Virus record (IMG/VR): IMGVR_UViG_3300023184_000038 | Coordinates: 32,001 to 96,000 of that record | DNA: 64,000 bases | From: a virus | Strand: one strand, 5' to 3' | In this document: in pieces, positions 19,656 through 29,826 of the stretch | How positions within the stretch are numbered: position 1 is the first letter of the stretch | Layout: each line of letters starts with the position of its first letter | Translations under genes and position numbers: made by a program | Notes under the pieces: generated by a model | The model's input: only the letters and a program-made list of their open reading frames with translations | Told to the model about the DNA's origin: nothing | Database searches by the model: none

Positions 19656-20879
19656 ATGGCTGGATTTTTTCAAGACTTATTAAAAGGTGCGACTGATTCA
19701 ATAGGCAGTCGCACTTTTTTGCGTGATTATACCCATGCTTCTAAAACATTTAGGACCAACGGATATCAGTATGCACCAAAATTAAAATTCTTATTTCATG
19801 TGTATTTTGATATTAATAAATCAGCATATGTTCAAAATGTAAATACCACTGTTAATTTTGGATTGCTAGTAAAATCAGTGAGCCTGCCAAGTTTTACTTT
19901 TGCAACACATGAGTTAAATCAATATAATCGTAAAAGAATTGTTCAAACAAAAATTAAATACGAGCCGGTTTCAATTAAGTTTCACGATGATAATGGAACT
20001 GCTGATGGAAGTGCTGCCGGAGGTATTATACACCAGCTTTGGAAAGCATATTACACTTATTACTACAAAGATGGAACTAAACCCAATGTCATTTTAAGTG
20101 GAAAAAGGGGAGCATCTGCTTTTGCTAACAATGGTCAACCCGCCGGTGCAGCTAGTTATAATCAACGAACAACTTATACTCCGTCAATAACCGGAAACGA
20201 TGATTGGGGTTATATAGGTGAAACTACATCATCAGTAGCACCTAAGCAACCATTTTTTAATAATATTACTATTTTTGGATTTAATCAACATAATTATACA
20301 GCATATACTTTAATTAATCCGCTGCTTACTAAAATGGGACAAGATACATATAGTTATTCAGAGGGTAACGGTACTATGGAAATGTCAATGGATGTTAATT
20401 ATGAAACCGTGGTATATAATGAAGGTGCAATGGATGGAAATGCCCCCGGTAATATTGTTACTGGGTTTGGTGATAACGCTAATTATGACAGAACACTAAG
20501 CCCTATTGCTCGATTGGGTTCTAATAGTAATGTTATGGGAAAAGGCGGATTGATAGAAAGTGCAGGAGGATTTGTTTCAGCACTTAAAGAAGGTAGATTA
20601 CTTGATGCAGCAAAGGTAGCAACCGGAATTTATAATAATGCTAAAAATGGTCAATTGCAAAAGAATATTATTTTAGAAGCACAGGGTGCAATTACTGCTG
20701 CCATCAGCGGTGCTGCAAACCCTTTAAATAATAATCCTTTTAACTTTCCAACAAAGGCTTCATCTCCTAGTGTTATCAATACTAACGGCGTCAGAAATTC
20801 AGGAAGTGCGGGACCGTCAAATGTTGATTCTCCGCCGAATGCAGGACAACAACTTGGCGGGGGCGGCGGCGCACAATAA
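19656..20879 (+). CDS. Tail-tube-fold baseplate/tube junction protein (gp48/gp54-like)
   Basis: VKSVSLPSF, NQYNRKR, YEPVSIKFHDD tube-family motifs; gene position. Confidence 0.6.
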   Translation: MAGFFQDLLKGATDSIGSRTFLRDYTHASKTFRTNGYQYAPKLKFLFHVYFDINKSAYVQNVNTTVNFGLLVKSVSLPSFTFATHELNQYNRKRIVQTKIKYEPVSIKFHDDNGTADGSAAGGIIHQLWKAYYTYYYKDGTKPNVILSGKRGASAFANNGQPAGAASYNQRTTYTPSITGNDDWGYIGETTSSVAPKQPFFNNITIFGFNQHNYTAYTLINPLLTKMGQDTYSYSEGNGTMEMSMDVNYETVVYNEGAMDGNAPGNIVTGFGDNANYDRTLSPIARLGSNSNVMGKGGLIESAGGFVSALKEGRLLDAAKVATGIYNNAKNGQLQKNIILEAQGAITAAISGAANPLNNNPFNFPTKASSPSVINTNGVRNSGSAGPSNVDSPPNAGQQLGGGGGAQ

Positions 20880-20880
20880 T

Positions 20881-21243
20881 ATGAGTAAAATTTTTGACGC
20901 TCGCAGCCAAATGGATCAAACAGTTAGAATTTTTGATTCGTTTTATGCCTTCAATGTTAAAGTAAATGCTAGTGAATATGACATTGTAAATGGATATTTT
21001 ACATCAGTGTGCGCTACTAGGAATATTGCAGGAAATTTTACAGCAGTATTATTTAGAATAGCACAAGAAGAAAATATTAGTGTATTAGATTTGTTAGGTT
21101 ACATACAAGGAACCAACAATAATTTAGAAATGAATCAAATTATAGCATATTATTTAAATGGATTAAAATCTAAAACTTCACTATACGGTATAAGCAATAC
21201 TCCAGCACCTAATCAAACTATAGCAAGAAATATAGTTCAGTAA
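20881..21243 (+). CDS. Hypothetical protein (tail/baseplate region)
   Basis: ORF; probable ATG 20881 immediately after the upstream stop. Confidence 0.55.
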   Translation: MSKIFDARSQMDQTVRIFDSFYAFNVKVNASEYDIVNGYFTSVCATRNIAGNFTAVLFRIAQEENISVLDLLGYIQGTNNNLEMNQIIAYYLNGLKSKTSLYGISNTPAPNQTIARNIVQ

Positions 21244-21247
21244 TAAT

Positions 21248-21685
21248 ATGGCATCATATGCTCAGGGTTTATTTACGCCAATTAATAAACAAAAATATAT
21301 AGGAAAGAATATCCCTAAATATCGTAGTGGTTGGGAATTAACATTTATGACGTTTTGTGATTCAAATAAAAACGTATTGTATTGGGCAAGTGAATCTATA
21401 TCAATTCCATACCGACATCCTTTTAAAGGAAAAGTGGTTAATTATATTCCTGATTTTTTTGTAGTATATCAAAATAAATACGGAAAACAAATTGCTGAGA
21501 TGGTTGAAATTAAACCTAAAAAACAAAGTTTAATTGAAAGTAAAGTTGCAAGTGCAAGAGATAAAATAATTGTTGCAATAAATCATGCTAAATGGGCTAG
21601 TGCAGTAGCATATTGCAAGCATCACGGTTACACATTTAGAGTAATAACTGAAAATGAACTTTTCCACAACGGTAGAAACAAGTAA
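21248..21685 (+). CDS. gp4: Head completion nuclease (T4 gp4-like, TnsA-N fold)
   Basis: YRSGWE, WASE.I.IPY, YIPDF, EIKP..Q, N.AKW..A...C, F.VITE. Confidence 0.9.
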   Translation: MASYAQGLFTPINKQKYIGKNIPKYRSGWELTFMTFCDSNKNVLYWASESISIPYRHPFKGKVVNYIPDFFVVYQNKYGKQIAEMVEIKPKKQSLIESKVASARDKIIVAINHAKWASAVAYCKHHGYTFRVITENELFHNGRNK

Positions 21686-21697
21686 CTAAATACTTGT

Positions 21698-22180
21698 ATG
21701 ACAAAAAAATTGCAAGCATTATTTGAGTTACCTGAAGATGAAATACAATCTCTTAGTGTTCCTATTCCAGACGGTGCAGAAGATATAACTATAGATGCGT
21801 TAAATACGTTAGAAAAGATAGACCAATCATTACCGCAGGTACGCGGATTAGATGCAAGTGACACTGAATTAGATGAATTAGCACGAATGGCAGTAGATAG
21901 TTTTAAAGATTTAAGTGATTTGGGTATGCAAGTTGATAGTAGATTTAGTAGTGAAATCTTTAATGTAGCAGGCACGATGTTAGGACATGCAATTACAGCA
22001 AAAACGGCTAAATTAAATAAAAAATTAAAAATGATTGAATTGCAGTTAAAAAAGGCGCATTTAGATCATAAAATTACTTCAAAAGTAGAAGAAGTGGAAT
22101 CAACTCCACTTGGTACTGGACATGCATTGGATCGAAATGAATTATTGAAAATGTTGAGTGGAAAAACAAACAACGAATGA
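21698..22180 (+). CDS. Helical protein, possibly terminase small subunit
   Basis: Helical, acidic/basic ORF next to the gp4-like gene; the functional call is weak. Confidence 0.4.
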   Translation: MTKKLQALFELPEDEIQSLSVPIPDGAEDITIDALNTLEKIDQSLPQVRGLDASDTELDELARMAVDSFKDLSDLGMQVDSRFSSEIFNVAGTMLGHAITAKTAKLNKKLKMIELQLKKAHLDHKITSKVEEVESTPLGTGHALDRNELLKMLSGKTNNE

Positions 22181-22205
22181 TAAATACACTATACAGGAAT
22201 ACGAA

Positions 22206-22829
22206 ATGAAAAGCCTAAAATATTATATAACCGAAAGTGTAAAGACATATGATTACACTATCAAAATTGCGGGTGACGTTGATAAAAACTTTTTAGACAT
22301 GTTTATATACAATCTAAACAAGTTTGATCCGATTAGAATTAGCGACCCTATTAAGACACCTATTCAAAAAGATCCGTATGGGTTTCCTAATGAAAGCAAT
22401 CAATCAGTAACGATAATTAAAGCAGATTTTAGATATCCAGCCACAGAGCCAATGATACAACAAATTGCTCAATTATTGGGATATAATGTTAATATGGTAA
22501 GAGTAGTGTGTACTTCTTTCAATGATAGTATTAATGGTGAAACCGATGAGTACGCAAATCAAATGAAAAATAGTCCGGTACTTACGCATGAAGAAATGGA
22601 AGATCAATCAGGATCTAGAGAAGCAAGTAAAGCATATGGAGATTCATATTTAAGTTCAATTAAAGACCAAGCAAAAGGTTCAAAAATTGATATACCGTAT
22701 GCAGGTAAAAGGACCCCAGATAGTTTTGATCCATTTAAGCCAAATTTAGATGATAAAAAGTTAGGTAATAAAAGTCCAATGACAAAAATAATTCGTCCTA
22801 AAAACCCAGCGACTGGTGCAAGAGCATAA
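22206..22829 (+). CDS. Head-core-associated protein with capsid-targeting-like N-terminus (MKSLKYYITE)
   Basis: ATG 22206 after AGGA and late promoter GATAAATA (about 22179). Confidence 0.55.
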   Translation: MKSLKYYITESVKTYDYTIKIAGDVDKNFLDMFIYNLNKFDPIRISDPIKTPIQKDPYGFPNESNQSVTIIKADFRYPATEPMIQQIAQLLGYNVNMVRVVCTSFNDSINGETDEYANQMKNSPVLTHEEMEDQSGSREASKAYGDSYLSSIKDQAKGSKIDIPYAGKRTPDSFDPFKPNLDDKKLGNKSPMTKIIRPKNPATGARA

Positions 22830-22847
22830 CCCTTAAGGAATATTAAA

Positions 22848-25800
22848 ATGAACATGTTAGATTTAATGAACAAGATGACTGAACTTAGTGAAGCCAAGTC
22901 TACTAATAATGCGTTTACTGGAAATTGGAAAGATCCGGACGATGCTAAAGGCAAATCTATAATTCATAAAGGTAAGTATGGTACTGCGTATCAAGGTGAA
23001 CCTGATGACTTATCCACTGATGACACTAAAAAAACTAAAAAAGTTGCACCAGCAGACGGCGAGAAACGTGGCCGTGGACGACCAGCAAAAGGGTCAGATA
23101 GTTCAGGCAAAACAACATCACATGATACACAATCGTTATCTAATTTTATGATTGGTAATAAACCAAGTAAAGCAGTTGACAAATTACCAAAAACAAAAAG
23201 TAAAACGTTGAAAGATTGGTTTGAAAGATTAGATACTGCATTGAATGAAGATGGTCAATTTACTGTGAAACCGGCTGCACCCGGCGCATCAGATATTATG
23301 GGACCAGATGGTAAAAAAATAGGAACAGCATCGACCCCGGCTGCAGCTCAAGCAGTAAAAAACGGAGAAGTAAATTTTGATAAAGAACAAGGTATGGCGG
23401 AAGGCGACATTGGAAAACATAACAATGCTACAACAGGGTTTGCGGCGTTAGTTAAAAAACTTACACCTAAATATGGTGTAAAAGGTGCAATGCGTATTGC
23501 TGGTAGTCAAATGAAAAAAATTAAAGAAGCGGATATGCCACGCAATGATAGTGACATGGGTGCAGGTTTAGGCGCTGGTCGTAGTCAACAATTTGAAGGC
23601 ACAGAAGAAGATCCTGCTGGACCCGCAAGCCAAGCGGCCGATGAGTTAGCATATAAACTTCGCAATCCAAAATTTGATGCTGCATTGAAAAAAATAGAAG
23701 ACAAGTATAAAAATGATTCTATGGTTGTAAGAATGAATTCTCAAGGTGGCAAACAAGATCCAACAAGAATAGCGGGTATTCTGCAAGATCTTGCTCTGCA
23801 ACATAAAAGGGATCTAGAAGTGTTAGTGAATTACTACCAAAAATACGGCGGGCCAACTCCAGCATTAGAAAGCAAAAAAGGAGTAAATCCTTTTGCTAAG
23901 AAAAAACCAGACGATGACAAAGATGGAGTTCCTAATTGGGCCGACAAGAAGCCCGGTAAAGATGATAACGAAGGCAAAAAGAAAGGTGCAGCACCTATGA
24001 GTGAGGGTGGCAACCCTTTTGCCCCTATAGTGAATCCTATAATGAATTTAGTTAAAGGTGGTACTAAAGTCCTACCCAAACCTACTGGTCGACCGGGGAT
24101 GCCGCCTGCTCAAGCTGCAAGGACAGATGCTGTATCCCAAGCAAGACTTGCTAAAAGAAATGCTGATGACGAAATGTGGGCAGCAAGACAAGGCACCCAA
24201 CCTTCGGCCGCAAGTACAGATGCTGTATCCAAAGCAAGAAATGCTAAAAGAAATGCTGATGACGAAATGTGGGCAGCAAGACAAGGCACCCAACAACCAG
24301 CATTAGAAAGCAAAAAAGGAGTAAATCCTTTTGCTAAGAAAAAACCAGACGATGACAAAGATGGAGTTCCTAATTGGGCCGACAAGAAGCCCGGTAAAGA
24401 TGATAACGAAGGCAAAAAGAAAGGTGCAGCACCTAAGAAAGGTGTAAATCCTTTTGCTAAAAAGAAAATTTCTGAAGGTAAGGTAAAGGACATTGCAATA
24501 GATTTAGAAGAAATGACGCCGGCGGAATTTAAAAAGAAATATAAAATGACAAAGGCTGAAATGGAAAAAAATATGAATACTGACACCAACGCTAAGAAGA
24601 AAGATGTGACGGAAAACTCACATAATGTCACGGAGAAAATTATTGGACAACCTAAAATTGATAATATGGATAATGCTGGGCGCGGTGTATACAGTGGTGC
24701 CGAAAAAACAGCAACAACTAAACATCGTTTGGGGTCACATGTGTATGAAGTAACCACTGAGCAAGACGGTGATGGCGATCTTTATTATTTCATTTATGTG
24801 AATGGCAAACAAGTGTTTTACGCCACTAGTTCGGGAGTGTATGAGAACAAGTTAGGTAGCAGGATTAGTTCCGCTTTGTTGGATGAGCATAAAAAAGCCA
24901 CTGCACAGATGTTTGATTCGGATGAGGATGAAGATGAGGATGATTTTAGGGAAGGTGTGGCGGAAAGGCATCAAGCAGCTGGAAAACTTAAAAAGCAGAT
25001 GAGCAAAAGTATGATGGAAGGTGTTCGTCATTCAGATGCTGCACATTTACGAGGTAAGGCACATGCAATGGGCGGTGAAAATTATAACTGCCGATATACA
25101 CCGGGCACCAATGAAGCCAATATGTACCATATGGGATTCAAAGAAGGGCTTGATGAGTGCTATGGTCAAAGTCCAATGGAGAGTTATGTCGAGGAAGAAT
25201 TTACTCCGGAAGGAGAAGTTGAAAATATGCCACTAATGACTGATGAAAACTATATGATGGATGAAAGTCCTTTTAGTTGGGCTGCTAAAAATACTCCAAC
25301 AGGAAAACACTTTACATTAGCCGGACATGATTTTACAAAAACAGCGGCAGAAAGTATGAATCCGTTTATGGAATCTTTAAATAACCAATTAAATGCTTTA
25401 CTTAATGATGATATTAATGAAGGAATGACTGTATCAATTTCTAAAGGTCAACAAGGTACGCCGGATTCAGTTAGTGTGTCTGCTCAAGATTCTGAAGCAG
25501 AACAATTACTTTCTATTATTAAATCAGCGGGCTTAAGCTTGTTTGGTAGCGATAATGATTCAGGTGATGAACATTCTTCTGCTATGTCTATGCCGGGCGT
25601 TTCTATTGCTGACGGTGGTGCTGAACTTGATAGTAATATCAACGTGGTAAACGATCATGATGGCATGTTGGATTTAATTCGCAAAATGACAGGACAAGGT
25701 CCTGCTCAATCAGATGACAACGATTATGAAAGTGAAGAACACGAACACAGTCATGATGATGAAGAAGAGTGCGGCGATTGTGGTAATAGTCCATGTGATT

Positions 25801-26204
25801 GCGAGTCAATTGATGAAGCTGAAACACCTGATCAAGCAGAATTTATGGCTACTGAAGATAATGCGCCGGATTCTGGTGCTCAGGAAACAACCGCTGATGT
25901 AAATGCAGGGGCGGCTGAAGATGCAGCAATAGCAAAATCAGACCAACAAAATCCAACAGTAACAACAAATGAAGATGAAATGGAAGAAGACTTAAATGAA
26001 TCATATGCTAATAGTGCTGAAAATACATTTGAGGCTGATATAGAATTTATGACTAAGGTTATAACAGGTGGTTTGAATAAACAAAAATCAACCGGTCAAT
26101 CTACTATCCCAGTCGTGGCAAGTCAAAAAAATCGTTTGGGTGAGCCAATGCAAGAATCTACTGCATTACTACATGATTGGAAAAAATTAAGTGGTATTAC
26201 ATAA
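22848..26204 (+). CDS. Large modular prohead-core / internal polyprotein
   Basis: 1118 aa, low-complexity and charged; many (L/I/V/M)xE sites; EQGMAEG and EGVAER junctions; internal DNA duplications. Confidence 0.65.
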   Translation: MNMLDLMNKMTELSEAKSTNNAFTGNWKDPDDAKGKSIIHKGKYGTAYQGEPDDLSTDDTKKTKKVAPADGEKRGRGRPAKGSDSSGKTTSHDTQSLSNFMIGNKPSKAVDKLPKTKSKTLKDWFERLDTALNEDGQFTVKPAAPGASDIMGPDGKKIGTASTPAAAQAVKNGEVNFDKEQGMAEGDIGKHNNATTGFAALVKKLTPKYGVKGAMRIAGSQMKKIKEADMPRNDSDMGAGLGAGRSQQFEGTEEDPAGPASQAADELAYKLRNPKFDAALKKIEDKYKNDSMVVRMNSQGGKQDPTRIAGILQDLALQHKRDLEVLVNYYQKYGGPTPALESKKGVNPFAKKKPDDDKDGVPNWADKKPGKDDNEGKKKGAAPMSEGGNPFAPIVNPIMNLVKGGTKVLPKPTGRPGMPPAQAARTDAVSQARLAKRNADDEMWAARQGTQPSAASTDAVSKARNAKRNADDEMWAARQGTQQPALESKKGVNPFAKKKPDDDKDGVPNWADKKPGKDDNEGKKKGAAPKKGVNPFAKKKISEGKVKDIAIDLEEMTPAEFKKKYKMTKAEMEKNMNTDTNAKKKDVTENSHNVTEKIIGQPKIDNMDNAGRGVYSGAEKTATTKHRLGSHVYEVTTEQDGDGDLYYFIYVNGKQVFYATSSGVYENKLGSRISSALLDEHKKATAQMFDSDEDEDEDDFREGVAERHQAAGKLKKQMSKSMMEGVRHSDAAHLRGKAHAMGGENYNCRYTPGTNEANMYHMGFKEGLDECYGQSPMESYVEEEFTPEGEVENMPLMTDENYMMDESPFSWAAKNTPTGKHFTLAGHDFTKTAAESMNPFMESLNNQLNALLNDDINEGMTVSISKGQQGTPDSVSVSAQDSEAEQLLSIIKSAGLSLFGSDNDSGDEHSSAMSMPGVSIADGGAELDSNINVVNDHDGMLDLIRKMTGQGPAQSDDNDYESEEHEHSHDDEEECGDCGNSPCDCESIDEAETPDQAEFMATEDNAPDSGAQETTADVNAGAAEDAAIAKSDQQNPTVTTNEDEMEEDLNESYANSAENTFEADIEFMTKVITGGLNKQKSTGQSTIPVVASQKNRLGEPMQESTALLHDWKKLSGIT
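23859..24435 (+). repeat. 139-bp exact direct repeat (23859-23997 and 24297-24435) enclosing a 79-bp near-repeat pair (24123-24201 and 24216-24294)
   Basis: Direct comparison; the 139-bp repeat encodes PALESKKGVNPFAKKKPDDDKDGVPNWADKKPGKDDNEGKKKGAAP twice. Confidence 0.95.
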
Positions 26205-26216
26205 GTAATATACCTT

Positions 26217-26249
26217 AAAAAAATACCCGAGTTAATCGGGTATTTTTTT
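26217..26249. terminator. Bidirectional rho-independent terminator
   Basis: aaaaaaatacccga-gttaa-tcgggtattttttt between convergent genes. Confidence 0.85.
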
Positions 26250-26275
26250 GGAATTAGTAATTGTACTACTAAAAA

Positions 26276-27070
26276 TTACACATGATACATTTTTAATATA
26301 TCTCCTATGATTTTATGTCTGCGTATATCAGATGCATTAAATGTACATGACTGCATACCAGCAACAGGAGAGTTGGCTAACTTCTTCTGTAAGTCTATCA
26401 ACCCATTATCAGACTGCCGTCTATCTGCTTGATCGGTGTCACCTGTAACCACAATTTTGCTACCTTCGCCTATGCGAGTTAACAACATACACGCTTGCGA
26501 AATGGAGCAATTTTGTGCCTCATCCAGCACTATCCAACTGTGTTTAAAGTTCCTTCCTCGGCAAAAAGCCAATGGCGCAATTTCTATAATTTGTTCCTCC
26601 AACATGTGAGCAATTTCTTTAGTTGAATAATATTCCCGTAACACATCTAATAATGGTCTAGTCCAAGGTTCCATTTTTTGATTTAAATCGCCGGGCAAAA
26701 ATCCATGCTTTTCATCATCTACTGCAACAGCGGGTCTAGTTAAAATTATTTTATCACATTGTCTAGTTCTAAGTGATTTAATTGCTGCTTGCATTGCTAA
26801 ATATGTTTTTCCGGTTCCTGCAGGTCCGGAAACAACTACAATGTCTATATTATCATCTAATAATGCAATTATATATTTTTCTTGATTTATTGATTTTGGT
26901 ATCAATTCTATTACCTTAGTACTAAGTTTAGGTACTTTTTGCCCAGTGGCCTGGGTAAAATCTATAGTTTTAGATTCGTTTAAGTAGTAAGTATTAGTAT
27001 TTGACATTTTTTTTGTGTGAGAAAAGCGTGAATCATAATCACGAACAGCGCCAGTTTTTCGTTTGCTCAA
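26276..27070 (-). CDS. phoH: PhoH-family ATPase
   Basis: GPAGTGKT, LTRPAV, GFLPGDL..KM.PW, PLAFCRGR, LDEAQN, LTRIG, TGD..Q. Confidence 0.95.
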   Translation of the reverse strand: MSKRKTGAVRDYDSRFSHTKKMSNTNTYYLNESKTIDFTQATGQKVPKLSTKVIELIPKSINQEKYIIALLDDNIDIVVVSGPAGTGKTYLAMQAAIKSLRTRQCDKIILTRPAVAVDDEKHGFLPGDLNQKMEPWTRPLLDVLREYYSTKEIAHMLEEQIIEIAPLAFCRGRNFKHSWIVLDEAQNCSISQACMLLTRIGEGSKIVVTGDTDQADRRQSDNGLIDLQKKLANSPVAGMQSCTFNASDIRRHKIIGDILKMYHV

Positions 27071-27239
27071 TATATATTCTCCTTAAAAAGAGCGTGAATA
27101 CTCATAATATTCAATAGTATTTACAAATATTACCAATGTGTATAGTATTGCAGTATTTACTGCATACTTTATGATAAATATTATACTGGCTGGGATTACT
27201 TGATATTGTCACCTATATATAATTAATGATAAATACATA

Positions 27240-27851
27240 ATGAAACACGAAACCGCAGATAATTTTTTTGATGATATAAATTTTGTAAGTATAGTTGATA
27301 CTGTAAAGGGAATATTTACTAGTGATGGATCTATGGCAATATTATTAGATTACGAAAGAGTATTAGATGAATCAGATTTATATGCTTATAAAAATTGGCA
27401 AATAGGTGAATTAGTTCAAGGCCCAACAAAAAGCAAATATACTGTAAAATGTATTTTTATGTGGCCATACAAATTAATGCCAGATCCTAGCGGCGCTAAA
27501 CGATTAATGACAATTGGATGTAAACTTAAGTTTGCTAAATCTAAAATAACAGTTCCTGTAGAAGTTCATAATTATGATGATTTTATACCGGGAACTAGGT
27601 ATCCAAAATCAACAAAAAAAGAAGTATGGTTTGTTCAAATTGAAATTCCAAATGAATTGATGAATGAAATACGAGAGGGTACAATAGATTTAGCGGGTCA
27701 AGAAATTGACTTAGATGAACTTGATGATTCCTATGATGATGATTTAGAAAAATCACAGACGCAAGATGAAGAACCTGTAGCCGGAGGTGCAATGCCAGCC
27801 GGTCCAATGCCGGCCCCAGCAAAAGCCCCGGCGCCAGCTCCAGCAAGATAA
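27240..27851 (+). CDS. Conserved phage protein with acidic, Pro/Ala-rich C-terminal tail
   Basis: ORF; ATG 4 nt after GATAAATA. Confidence 0.7.
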   Translation: MKHETADNFFDDINFVSIVDTVKGIFTSDGSMAILLDYERVLDESDLYAYKNWQIGELVQGPTKSKYTVKCIFMWPYKLMPDPSGAKRLMTIGCKLKFAKSKITVPVEVHNYDDFIPGTRYPKSTKKEVWFVQIEIPNELMNEIREGTIDLAGQEIDLDELDDSYDDDLEKSQTQDEEPVAGGAMPAGPMPAPAKAPAPAPAR

Positions 27852-27854
27852 ATT

Positions 27855-28415
27855 ATGAATAATACTCAACTTATTAATGAAGGCTTAGATTATCATGACA
27901 TGGAGGGTCAATTTGAACCCAAATTAAGTGTGGATGAATACTCGGCTAAAATGGGAGAAGATAGCGATGTAGTTACTTTAGCATTTATTATCCATAGTGA
28001 ACAAGCCGGCAATGATATAGTAGATTGGTTTGAACGTGGATATGATTGGGTATTAGATGCTAGTGTAAGTGAGGGTGAAATTGTTCCGGGAAAATATTTA
28101 GTATTCGTAGAAATGAATCGTAGAAGCACTGTACCCAACAGAATTATTACATTGTTATCTGATTTGACAACTTTAACAAATATTCCAGTTAATGATTGGA
28201 CCATTACAATTGATGATGAAGAATATGAACCAGATATTGAGGTTTTAAAACAAGTTATAACTATTAGTCCACATGAATATCGTAAAGAAGAAGAACAAGA
28301 AGAACAAGAAGAAGGATTAAATGAAATGAGAATTCGTGCAGGATTAGAACCAAAGAGGATAGTTGGTGAACAAGATGCTGAATTAAAAAACTTTAAGGCT
28401 ATGGCAGGATTATAA
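27855..28415 (+). CDS. Conserved acidic phage protein
   Basis: 186-aa ORF in the same operon. Confidence 0.7.
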   Translation: MNNTQLINEGLDYHDMEGQFEPKLSVDEYSAKMGEDSDVVTLAFIIHSEQAGNDIVDWFERGYDWVLDASVSEGEIVPGKYLVFVEMNRRSTVPNRIITLLSDLTTLTNIPVNDWTITIDDEEYEPDIEVLKQVITISPHEYRKEEEQEEQEEGLNEMRIRAGLEPKRIVGEQDAELKNFKAMAGL

Positions 28416-28417
28416 GT

Positions 28418-28987
28418 ATGGCTACACTATTACCAAAAAAAACAATTATTGAAGTTCCAATTGCAACTGATGATGATGTACAGGCTCAACTAATTGCCGA
28501 TCCGACTATAAAACAATTTCCAGGAAACAATGACCACCCCTACTTATCAACCGGGTCTACAACATTTGGCTCACCTTCGCCAGGAGGATTCTCTCCATCC
28601 AGTTCGTATAACCCATCAGCATCATCTGGCTTTGGCGGAAGCAGCACTGGAGGCACATATACAAATCAGTCAACGACTAATCTTACCCAAGGAGGTAGTA
28701 ACGCCGCTCAGGGGGCCGACGTATTAGTAGCAAACGACAATACTGACTTCATAAACAAAAAATGGCGTCCATTAATGGCGTTTGTTTATATGTTTACATG
28801 TTTATGTGACTTTGTTTTATTCCCTGTATTATGGAGTTTATTACAAGCAATGAGTAAAGGAACGGTAACAGTTCAATGGCAACCACTAACATTACAAGGT
28901 GCCGGTCTTTATCATATCGCTATGGGCGCTGTATTGGGTGTGGCAGCATACGGCAGAACAAAAGAAAAGATCTCCGGAACTGCTTGA
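28418..28987 (+). CDS. Holin-like membrane protein (GTA 3TM holin family)
   Basis: KKWRPLMAFVYM..C..DF..FP, WQPLTL...GLYHIAMGAVLGVAAYGRTKEK. Confidence 0.7.
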   Translation: MATLLPKKTIIEVPIATDDDVQAQLIADPTIKQFPGNNDHPYLSTGSTTFGSPSPGGFSPSSSYNPSASSGFGGSSTGGTYTNQSTTNLTQGGSNAAQGADVLVANDNTDFINKKWRPLMAFVYMFTCLCDFVLFPVLWSLLQAMSKGTVTVQWQPLTLQGAGLYHIAMGAVLGVAAYGRTKEKISGTA

Positions 28988-28993
28988 TAAATA

Positions 28994-29022
28994 TTGACTT
29001 ATAGCAATTTTTCTGCTATAAT
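28994..29022 (+). promoter_or_regulatory. sigma70 promoter with extended -10
   Basis: TTGACT-17 nt-TATAAT with TG at the extended position. Confidence 0.75.
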
Positions 29023-29030
29023 TATTTACC

Positions 29031-29819
29031 ATGGATCATTACACAACATTAGGGGTAACTAAAAATGCCAACTCTACAGACATTAAAAAAGCCTATAGAA
29101 AATTAGCAAATCAATTTCACCCAGATAAAGGCGGAGATACTGCCCAATTTCAAAAAATTCAAGTAGCGTATGATACGTTAAGCGACTCTTTAAAAAGACA
29201 AGAGTATGATAATCCTCAACCCGCAGGGTTTGGTGGATTCCCTGGAGGATTTAGTTTTACTACTGGTTCTGGATTCCCCGATATATTTGGTGATTTGTTT
29301 AGGCATCATGCTCAGGCTGCTCAACGACAAGCACAAATATATAGAACCATAATGGAAATTACATTGGAACAAGTATACTTTGGTGGGCAACAAGCATTAA
29401 AACTTCAATCACCAACAGGCGTTCATATGGTAAATATAAATATACCAAAAGGAGTGACTGATGGTGCTCAAATGCGAGTAGAAAATGTAATTAAAGATGT
29501 TGTTCTTATTGTTGAATTTAGAATTCACAAACATTTAAAATTTGATAGAAATGGCAATGACTTAATATGTAATTACCCTATTTCAGTGTTAGATTTGATT
29601 GTAGGAACTGTATTTCAATTTACAACTATTGCCAACATTACACTTGAAGTTACTATACAACCCAAAACACAACCTCATATGCAATTAAGAATGGCAGGGC
29701 ATGGATTGCCAATTTTAAATTCAAATCAAGTAGGAGACCAAATACTATTGTTAAAACCATTTATACCAGATATAATTAACGATACGATTATCAATAGCAT
29801 TTTGCAACATAAAATATAG
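29031..29819 (+). CDS. dnaJ: DnaJ-class co-chaperone (J domain, G/F region, C-terminal domain; no Zn finger)
   Basis: DHYTTLGV...IKKAYRKLA..FHPDKGG. Confidence 0.92.
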   Translation: MDHYTTLGVTKNANSTDIKKAYRKLANQFHPDKGGDTAQFQKIQVAYDTLSDSLKRQEYDNPQPAGFGGFPGGFSFTTGSGFPDIFGDLFRHHAQAAQRQAQIYRTIMEITLEQVYFGGQQALKLQSPTGVHMVNINIPKGVTDGAQMRVENVIKDVVLIVEFRIHKHLKFDRNGNDLICNYPISVLDLIVGTVFQFTTIANITLEVTIQPKTQPHMQLRMAGHGLPILNSNQVGDQILLLKPFIPDIINDTIINSILQHKI

Positions 29820-29826
29820 GAACCTG

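Noticed and set aside
24058-25902. Short alternative-frame and antisense ORFs within the 1118-aa gene (and similar ones throughout the ORF track)
   Set aside because: Fully nested in well-supported genes, with no SD, promoter or recognisable motifs.
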